A stretch of 64,000 bases of DNA from NCBI GenBank assembly GCA_937922005.1, contig CAKZWV010000054.1, positions 11,855 through 75,854 of the forward strand, read 5' to 3'. Both the position numbers and the translations under genes were made by a program. The notes below the pieces were generated by a model that saw only the letters and a list, made by a program, of their open reading frames with translations, was not told the DNA's origin and did no database searches. This stretch comes from an uncultured Clostridia bacterium. GTDB lineage: Bacteria > Bacillota > Clostridia > Saccharofermentanales > DTU023. Each line of letters begins with the position of its first letter. Within the stretch, counting starts at the first letter, position 1. Shown here one piece after another: positions 57,982 to 64,000 of this stretch.

Positions 57982-59184
57982 CTAATTCTTTTTAAAGAAA
58001 AAGATGCCGAAGGCGAGGAGGGTGGCCGAAGAGAGGAAGAGCCAGAGGGAGGAACTTTCGCCGGTTACGGGGAGGAGGCCGTTGGCCTGGGTAAGACCTG
58101 GGGTCTGCGAGGCGGCTGTGACGGAAGCGTTGCTGGATCCTTGAGCAACTTGGGCCAACTGGGAAGACTTGGCAGGATCGGCAGACAGGGCCGCCTGGGG
58201 AGACTGAGCAGGGAGGAGGTTACTAGCGGAGGCGGCGTCAACTTTCTTTTCAGAGGGAGCAGGTTTGGTTCCCGCCTCTTTGCTAGCTAGGGCACGGTCA
58301 TACAAGATTTCGGCGTGGCAGGTCCCCCGGCGATCCCCACCGAGGGGATTATTGAACCAGTCATAAGACTCAAGAAGGCCAGTGATGGGACGGAAGCCAT
58401 CAAAATACTGGATCTCACGGAACATATAACCCTGCTCGTTGATACGTTGAATACGGGACTGGAATATTTGGGGAAGGTTCATGAATTCTGAAGAATTTTC
58501 TAGAGATGCCCAGACTTGATAAGGAACGCTGACTTCCTCAAAGAGGGGAGAGCGGTCGCCTTCGGGGAAGATGTGACGGACCTCGATGGGGATGGTTTTG
58601 GGCACGACCAAGACGACGATGTCGGCCTTATAGGGGTCGGCGAGAAGCTTGGCGTAGAGGCTTGCGGCGACCTGCTCGAGGACGGCAGAGGGAAGGGTCA
58701 AAAACTGGGCGTCGGGCGTCGCAAAACCAGCGTAGAGGAAGGATTCGGGGAGGTCGGAATGGGTGAAAAAGGCCTTGGCTGCGGGGCTAGCGGCGTCCCA
58801 AGCCTTGTCCATTTCCACCTTGAAAAGGCGGTCAAAGACGGGGCGGCGGTTGTGGAGGTCATAGGCGAGGATAGTCTTGGTGACGGGCTTGGTGGGAGCG
58901 GGAGGGGTGGCTTGAACTGGAGTCGGCTGACCGGGTACCGCTGGAGCCTGCTGACCTACATTGGCCGGACTCACGGGCTCCGCCTTTTCTTCAGCGGCTC
59001 CCTGGGCCCCTTCTTCTGCACCTTCCTGAGCCTTTTCCTCCGCCCGCACCGGCAGACTGGCAAAGCCTTCCCATTGGCCCCCAAAAAGTCTCCACGGCCC
59101 ACCAAGGCCCATGACCATCAAGAGGACCAGACACAGTCCCGTTACACTTTGTAAGCATTTTGTTTGGAATGTTAAATTTTTCAT
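57982..59184 (-). CDS. LPXTG-anchored surface protein, paralogue A
   Basis: Signal peptide, and a conserved domain shared with 62029-63255 (FDRLF..E..D.W...LYAGFAT...ADIVV.VVP..I.IE..H.FPEG......E...VPY.VWASL..SS.FMNLP.IF..RIQ..NE.GY.F.EI.Y..G......LL..YDWF). C-terminal sorting signal LPVTGESSSLWLFLSSATLLAFGIFFFKKN. Confidence 0.8.
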   Translation of the reverse strand: MKNLTFQTKCLQSVTGLCLVLLMVMGLGGPWRLFGGQWEGFASLPVRAEEKAQEGAEEGAQGAAEEKAEPVSPANVGQQAPAVPGQPTPVQATPPAPTKPVTKTILAYDLHNRRPVFDRLFKVEMDKAWDAASPAAKAFFTHSDLPESFLYAGFATPDAQFLTLPSAVLEQVAASLYAKLLADPYKADIVVLVVPKTIPIEVRHIFPEGDRSPLFEEVSVPYQVWASLENSSEFMNLPQIFQSRIQRINEQGYMFREIQYFDGFRPITGLLESYDWFNNPLGGDRRGTCHAEILYDRALASKEAGTKPAPSEKKVDAASASNLLPAQSPQAALSADPAKSSQLAQVAQGSSNASVTAASQTPGLTQANGLLPVTGESSSLWLFLSSATLLAFGIFFFKKN

Positions 59185-59196
59185 CGTTTTCTCCTA

Positions 59197-61853
59197 CATT
59201 TTGGTAGCGTTTCCGACAGGCCGTATATTGAACGAAAACAACATGCGAAAATGAAAGCAAAGTATCCAGTCATCGTTGATTCCCTTGAGACCAGACCTAG
59301 AGAGGCTGTTTCTCGTATAGGAGACTGATGCTATAGGGAGCCTAAAGCACTGATTACGTATAAGCTGGATGAGGAAGCCCCTCCATCCCTGGCTGGTCGA
59401 CCCAAAACAGACCGCACGCCCTTTCCGCTGGCAAATACTCCAGCCCGAAAGTAGCCCTGGCAGCTAGGCCACAAGCCTTGTTCCAGGCCAAGCTGGCAAC
59501 AAAGGCCACACGCCTGCACCAGCAGCACAGCGGCGGGTCGACCGGAACACCCACATGGAAGCCGGTTTACCTCGATTGTCCAAGGAGGTTGTGAGCTTTT
59601 CGCCTTATTAACGATCATGGTACTTTTACCCCGAGTAGACACGGGACGCAAAATTTTCCGCCAGCCGCAAGCCATTGTCCGCTGCAAAATTTGCCACCGC
59701 CGCAAGCATCTGCTGGACGCCGCAAGAATTCACGCCTGCCCGTACCACTCACTCCAACACCTAGGAATCAGACACCAAGATCGACCACTAATAAACCCTA
59801 ATTACACCAAACACCAACCAACCGAGATTCACCAGAATCATTCGAATCGTTAGAAACAATTGGATTTCACGAGGTACCACATGTTTTACTTAGGCATCGA
59901 CATCGGTAAACTTCACCACGAAGCCGGCATGACCGACAACAATGGCAAACGCCTGGGCAAATCGCTGCGCTTTTCCAATACGCACGCAGGCTTTCAAGCC
60001 CTTCTTTCCATGATCGAAGACCGGAAAGGTCTCACGGAGGAGGCCGACAGCCTCCCATCCGACCTCTCCATCGGCATGGAGGCCACCGGCCACTACTGGC
60101 TGGCCCTCTATTCCTTCCTCCTTGCCCAAGGCTTCACCGTCCATGTGATGAACCCTCTCCAATCCGACAGTTTCCGCAACTTCTCCGTGCGTCCCCAAAA
60201 AACCGACGCCATCGACTGCTTCCTCATCGCCGATGTGATGCGCTTTGCACAATTTCAGCCCACCCACCTCGCCGACGAAGACATCCTGACCCTGCGGACC
60301 CTGGCCCGCTTCCGGGAATCCCTCCGAGACACCTGCTCCAACTACAAAAAGCGAGCGGTGACCATTCTCGATCAGCTCTTCCCCGAATATAGCCAGCTCT
60401 TCTCCGACCTCTTTGGGGAGGCCTCCAAAGCCTGTCTCAGGCTCTATGCCAACCCCCAAAAAGCCGCCGCAGCCAACACCAAATCCCTTGCGACCCTCCT
60501 CAAAAAGGCCAGTCGCAACCGCCTCGGCACCGATAAAGCCCGTGAAATCAAAGACGTCGCCGCCCGATCCGTTGGGATCACCATCTGCAGCGCCGCCTTC
60601 GAACTCGAGCTCAACCTCCTTCTCGACCAGATCGACTTTGCCAATCAACAGATCCTCCAGCTCGAATCTGAGCTAGATCGCCGGGTCCGTCGGATTGATT
60701 CGGTTCTCATGACGGTTCCCGGGGTAGGTCCCGCCACAGGGGCCGTAATCCTCGGGGAAATTGGAGACATCCAACGCTTCCCCAAGGCCAAAAACTTGGT
60801 TGCCTACGCAGGTCTTGACCCCACGATTTTCCAATCTGGGGAATACCGTGGCAAAAACAACCACATGTCCAAGCGAGGGTCCCCCTACCTACGTAGGGCG
60901 ATCTGGATGTCAGCCGTCGTCGCCTCCCGGGTCGACCCCGTCTTCGCCGATTACTATGCGAAAAAACGGGCCGACGGTGCAGCTCACGGCACAGCCATTG
61001 GTGCTGTCGCCCGCAAGCTTCTCCACACCATTTACGCCGTCCTGAAAGCAAATACTCCCTACCGCCCTGCTGAACCCAAGCGCTCCGTTCCGCCGCAAAC
61101 CGCAGCCGGACAATGCACCGCCCCGCAGCAACCAACGGCAGCAGCGAACCACGCCGCCCAGTCGCAAATCGCAGCAGCGGACGCCCCGGGCACGCCCCAT
61201 AAAGTTCCGATTCTTAAGAAGAGATCCGGCAAACCCGGCGCACAGACTTGTAAACCCGGCGTACAGACTTACAAACCCGGCGTACAGACTTACAAACCCG
61301 GCGAAAAAGTCTTCTTCCGGGCTGCTTGCCTAGTCCCGACCTCCGAGGCCGCAAATAGCCTCGCCGACTCGGTAACCGACTCTCTGGCCGGAGCCTTTGT
61401 AGGATAGGGTGGAAGTCTAGTTTCGCAGGAGAGCGAACGAGTCCGTTCCCAGGATAGGGCCACAAGCCCCACCCAGGCTTAGGGCAGCAAGTCTCTGCTG
61501 GCAAAGGCCTCACCTTTTCTCCAGCAATTATTCCCCCATTCTCCATCTTCCCAAAGAGAATTCCATACTTTTTACCGAATTCTTTTCAAAAGCACGGTTT
61601 CCCCGGGCTTTTTTGGCATGTCTGCCTTCCTTTCGTTCGGTCCGTCGCCTGCCCATTTTTTCCATCTCTTGATCGCCTTTCGACGCCAAAAAGACAAATA
61701 AACTTGATACATCGCCCGTCCCAAACGCAAAAAAGTTGCTTCATCTGACTTTCGCATGCTCTTTTCGTTCAATATTCACCTGTCAAAATACACTTGCGGC
61801 GCATTTTTCGCCGTCTCTCAGCTCCGTACACCCCCGTTTTTGGCGTGTACTCT
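59197..61853 (+). mobile_element. IS110-family insertion sequence (~2.66 kb) inserted between the RBS and the conserved leader of LPXTG gene A
   Basis: Homology with the gene B upstream region breaks at 59196/59197 and resumes at 61854. The 7-bp sequence TCTCCTA is present at both junctions (59190-59196 and 61854-61860). The element contains a DEDD-type transposase gene. Confidence 0.6.
59881..61407 (+). CDS. IS110-family (DEDD) transposase with a low-complexity C-terminal extension
   Basis: MFYLGIDIGKLHHEA (N-terminal DEDD domain) and ...VPGVGPATGAVILGEIGDIQRFPKAKNLVAYAGLDPTIFQSGEY (IS116/IS110/IS902 C-terminal domain). GAGG lies 7 nt upstream of ATG 59881; the ORF track opens at TTG 59860. 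Confidence 0.88.
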   Translation: MFYLGIDIGKLHHEAGMTDNNGKRLGKSLRFSNTHAGFQALLSMIEDRKGLTEEADSLPSDLSIGMEATGHYWLALYSFLLAQGFTVHVMNPLQSDSFRNFSVRPQKTDAIDCFLIADVMRFAQFQPTHLADEDILTLRTLARFRESLRDTCSNYKKRAVTILDQLFPEYSQLFSDLFGEASKACLRLYANPQKAAAANTKSLATLLKKASRNRLGTDKAREIKDVAARSVGITICSAAFELELNLLLDQIDFANQQILQLESELDRRVRRIDSVLMTVPGVGPATGAVILGEIGDIQRFPKAKNLVAYAGLDPTIFQSGEYRGKNNHMSKRGSPYLRRAIWMSAVVASRVDPVFADYYAKKRADGAAHGTAIGAVARKLLHTIYAVLKANTPYRPAEPKRSVPPQTAAGQCTAPQQPTAAANHAAQSQIAAADAPGTPHKVPILKKRSGKPGAQTCKPGVQTYKPGVQTYKPGEKVFFRAACLVPTSEAANSLADSVTDSLAGAFVG

Positions 61854-61941
61854 TAATAGCTGGTCTCCTATCGACCCACCCCGGAAACTCCCCGGGGGAG
61901 CAGAAGGAAGAAACCCCGTACCTACGGCATCTCTAGCAACG

Positions 61942-61967
61942 CAAAAAGCCCGAGATTTCTCTCGGGC
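61942..61967 (-). terminator. Terminator after LPXTG gene B
   Basis: On the minus strand, GCCCGAGA-gaaa-TCTCGGGC is followed by TTTTTG. Confidence 0.85.
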
Positions 61968-62028
61968 TTTGCCTAGAAAAGCCTATCTATCAAGCTTTTC
62001 TAATATTTTCTTCCAAGAATTTTCTCTC

Positions 62029-63255
62029 TTAGTGCTTTTTGAAGAACAGGATTCCAACAGCCATCAAAGCAGCAGAGCTAAGGAACAGGAAGATGGAATC
62101 AGAAGCACCGGTTACAGGCAGAGTATTCACAGGAGCAGTTGTGGTCGTGGTGTTAGCAGCGGTCACAGGAGCCTGCGCAGCAGGAGCTTGGATCTGAGCC
62201 TGAGGAGCGGTAGCAGCGTCTACCTTTTTCTCAGTAGGAACTTCTTTAGCAGCAGCAACCGCTTTGTCGTAGAAGATCTTCGCATAGCAAGCATCATCTC
62301 CAATTTCTTCTCTGATTTGCATGCCAAACCAATCATAGCCAGCAAGTAGGCCATCGATCTCATTCTCTCCGTTGTAGTAACGGATTTCTTTGAAGGCATA
62401 GCCTTCTTCATTAACCTTTTGGATGCGAGTTTTAAAGATTTCAGGCAGGTTCATGAATTTAGAAGAGTGTTGTAAAGATGCCCAGACTTCGTAAGGTACA
62501 GGGACGATTTCGGTAAGGTTAGCTCTCGTGCCTTCAGGGAAGACGTGAATTGTTTCGATTTTAATGACACGAGGGACGACGAAGACAACAATATCTGCTC
62601 CATATTTATCTAAGGCATCCATGTAGGCTGCTTCAGCGATTCTCTCAAGGTAAGTAGCTCTGTAAATGATAACCGGCTTGATGGTCTTGGTAGCAAAGCC
62701 AGCGTAGAGGTACTTATCTTTCAAGGTTTCGGTATTGTTGTAGAAAGCCTCAGAGATATCCTTTTCAGAGTGCCAACCATCTCTGATTTCAAGTTCAAAA
62801 AGTCTGTCATAGACGAATTTGTTGTTATGAATATTGAAAGCGATGACCTTGACCTTGTTATCTTTAACTTCTTCTTTCAATAAACCAATGGATTCAGATG
62901 TACCCTTAGGTGTTCCATCCATATCGCCCGTAATATTAGCAAGAGCAGCGCCTAAGTCGGCTGGATCCATCGTATAACCTGCAGCAACAGGCAATCCTTT
63001 GACTTTTGCTTCAAGATTGGCCTTGATAGTTGCATATGCGTACGCTGCTTTGCTACCTGCAGCAAGATAATCCGCTTCGGGGAGCAATTCGCTTCCTTTC
63101 ATGCTAAACGTATACGCTGTTACACCGTCTGGAAAAACTAGACTGATTTCGTAGCCTTTTGCTTCGTATGGAGTTGCTGCCATTACCGATAGACTCCCTA
63201 ATACGAACAGAGCCACTAACGGTAAGATTACCAGTAGCTTTTTCACTTGTTTCAT
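62029..63255 (-). CDS. LPXTG-anchored surface protein, paralogue B
   Basis: Signal peptide MKQVKKLLVILPLVALFVLGSLSVMA and C-terminal LPVTGASDSIFLFLSSAALMAVGILFFKKH. Confidence 0.85.
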   Translation of the reverse strand: MKQVKKLLVILPLVALFVLGSLSVMAATPYEAKGYEISLVFPDGVTAYTFSMKGSELLPEADYLAAGSKAAYAYATIKANLEAKVKGLPVAAGYTMDPADLGAALANITGDMDGTPKGTSESIGLLKEEVKDNKVKVIAFNIHNNKFVYDRLFELEIRDGWHSEKDISEAFYNNTETLKDKYLYAGFATKTIKPVIIYRATYLERIAEAAYMDALDKYGADIVVFVVPRVIKIETIHVFPEGTRANLTEIVPVPYEVWASLQHSSKFMNLPEIFKTRIQKVNEEGYAFKEIRYYNGENEIDGLLAGYDWFGMQIREEIGDDACYAKIFYDKAVAAAKEVPTEKKVDAATAPQAQIQAPAAQAPVTAANTTTTTAPVNTLPVTGASDSIFLFLSSAALMAVGILFFKKH

Positions 63256-63261
63256 AGTTTC

Positions 63262-63432
63262 CTCCTATCGACCCACCCCGGAAACTCCCCGGGAAACCGG
63301 AAGGCAGAAACCCCGTACCTAAGGCATCTTTCACAACGCAAAAAGCCCGAGATTTCTCTCGGGCATTGCCTAGAAAAGCCTATCTATCAAGCTTTCCTAA
63401 TATATTTTTCTAAGAATTCTCTCTCTTAGTGC
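63262..63432. repeat. Duplicated leader-plus-terminator intergenic module (second copy at 61855-62035)
   Basis: About 170 bp nearly identical between the two loci: ctcctatcgacccaccccggaaactccccggg...gcaaaaagcccgagatttctctcgggc...ctagaaaagcctatctatcaagctt... Confidence 0.85.
63339..63364 (-). terminator. Terminator after LPXTG gene C (identical copy)
   Basis: Same GCCCGAGA-gaaa-TCTCGGGC-TTTTT hairpin as at 61942-61967. Confidence 0.85.
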
Positions 63433-64000
63433 TTTTTGAAGAACAGGATCCCAACAGCCATCAAAGCAGCAGAGCTAAGGAACAGGAAGATGGAATCAGA
63501 AGCGCCGGTTACAGGCAGGGTGTTTACAGGAGTAGTGGTAGTCGTGGTGTTTGCAGCGGTCACAGGAGCTTGTGCCTGAGCAGCAGGGGCCTGGATCTGA
63601 GCCTGAGGAGCGGTAGCAGCGTCTACTTTTTTCTCAGTGGGAATTTCTTTAGCAGCAGCTACGGCTTTATCATAGAAAATCTTAGCACAGCAATTATCAT
63701 CTCCCACTTCATCTCTGATTTGCATGCCAAACCAATCATAGCCAGCAAGTAGACCATCGATTTCATTTTCTCCGTTGTAGTAACGGATTTCTTTGAAGGT
63801 ATAGCCCTGCTCATTAACCTTTTGGATGCGGGTCTTAAAGATTTCGGGCAGATTCATAAATGTCCAAGAATGCTGTAGAGAAGCCCAGACTTCGTAAGGA
63901 ACAGGGACAATTTCGGTAAGGTCAGCTCTTGTTCCTTCAGGGAAGACGTGAATTGTTTCGATTTTAATGACACGAGGGACGACGAAGACAACAATATCTG
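63426..64000 (-). CDS. LPXTG-anchored surface protein, paralogue C (5' end beyond the window)
   Basis: The ORF track starts at an internal Met (63857), but the frame stays open to the window edge. It remains nearly identical to gene B (HVFPEGTRA.LTEIVPVPYEVWASLQHS...). Confidence 0.8.
   Translation of the reverse strand, partial: DIVVFVVPRVIKIETIHVFPEGTRADLTEIVPVPYEVWASLQHSWTFMNLPEIFKTRIQKVNEQGYTFKEIRYYNGENEIDGLLAGYDWFGMQIRDEVGDDNCCAKIFYDKAVAAAKEIPTEKKVDAATAPQAQIQAPAAQAQAPVTAANTTTTTTPVNTLPVTGASDSIFLFLSSAALMAVGILFFKKH

Noticed and set aside
55676-59200. Integrative island at tRNA-Ser.
   Set aside because: There is no integrase or recombinase gene. I found no direct repeat of the tRNA 3' end downstream. 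The accessory-like content alone is insufficient.
59890-60648. Long antisense ORFs inside well-supported genes. Examples: 252 aa opposite the IS110 transposase, 228 aa at 56751-57437, 203 aa at 34299-34910, 185 aa at 32156-32713, 165 aa at 42936-43433 and 175 aa at 50059-50586.
   Set aside because: Each lies fully within, and opposite or out of frame to, a CDS with clear family motifs. Their translations are Gly/Arg/Pro/Ser-rich low-complexity sequences typical of non-coding frames at ~50% GC or higher.
61572-61772. 66-aa basic ORF (minus strand) in the right arm of the IS element.
   Set aside because: It has no convincing RBS or family signal. It lies in the non-coding arm where an IS110-type guide RNA would be expected, and it is left unannotated.
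63256-63340. Riboswitch in the conserved LPXTG leader.
   Set aside because: The leader is GC-rich and forms hairpins, but I cannot match it to any known aptamer class. The identity between copies reflects a recent duplication rather than selective conservation.

Overview
This is a 64-kb, roughly 50% GC, origin-proximal chromosomal segment of a Gram-positive, Bacillota-type bacterium. Supporting traits are GGAGG ribosome-binding sites, LPXTG anchors, AddAB, FemAB, a CsbB/YfhO pair and UPF0340.

Layout:
- 1-27.9 kb, almost entirely on the minus strand: peptide-binding lipoprotein (partial), Xaa-Pro aminopeptidase, NUDIX hydrolase, class I aldolase, parB, parA, gyrB, DUF370, recF, dnaN, dnaA, mutM, nadE, an ABC-2 permease, enolase and a copper P-type ATPase. 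Four genes are on the plus strand: pgsA-like, UPF0340, a Fur-family regulator and a DtxR/MntR-family regulator.
- 27.9-29.06 kb: a 1.17-kb gene-free hub. It holds three perfect-palindrome parS sites in a 78-79 bp tandem array, a helically phased 10-bp repeat array and an AT-rich tract.
- 29-49 kb, all on the plus strand: isochorismatase-family hydrolase, addB, addA, AIM24, FemAB, a GT2 glycosyltransferase plus YfhO, a HutD-like protein, and four uncharacterised genes.
- 49-64 kb, mixed and accessory-like: C26 amidotransferase, mscL, an orphan hsdS, a GH3 hexosaminidase, a VapBC-like toxin-antitoxin pair, tRNA-Ser(UGA), a DUF4143 ATPase, and three tandem LPXTG paralogues, one cut off from its leader by an IS110-family insertion.

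Most notable signals:
- The parS/phased-repeat hub sits exactly at the gene-strand switch, 11 kb away from dnaA.
- Non-canonical TGTTGAAAA-type boxes flank a divergent dnaA.
- Conserved genes carry many in-frame tandem-repeat and low-complexity expansions.
- copA is fused in frame to a copZ-like domain.

No recognisable defence or other novel multi-gene system could be supported from sequence alone. All calls rest on reading the sequence and ORF translations by eye. No database search or computation was run.
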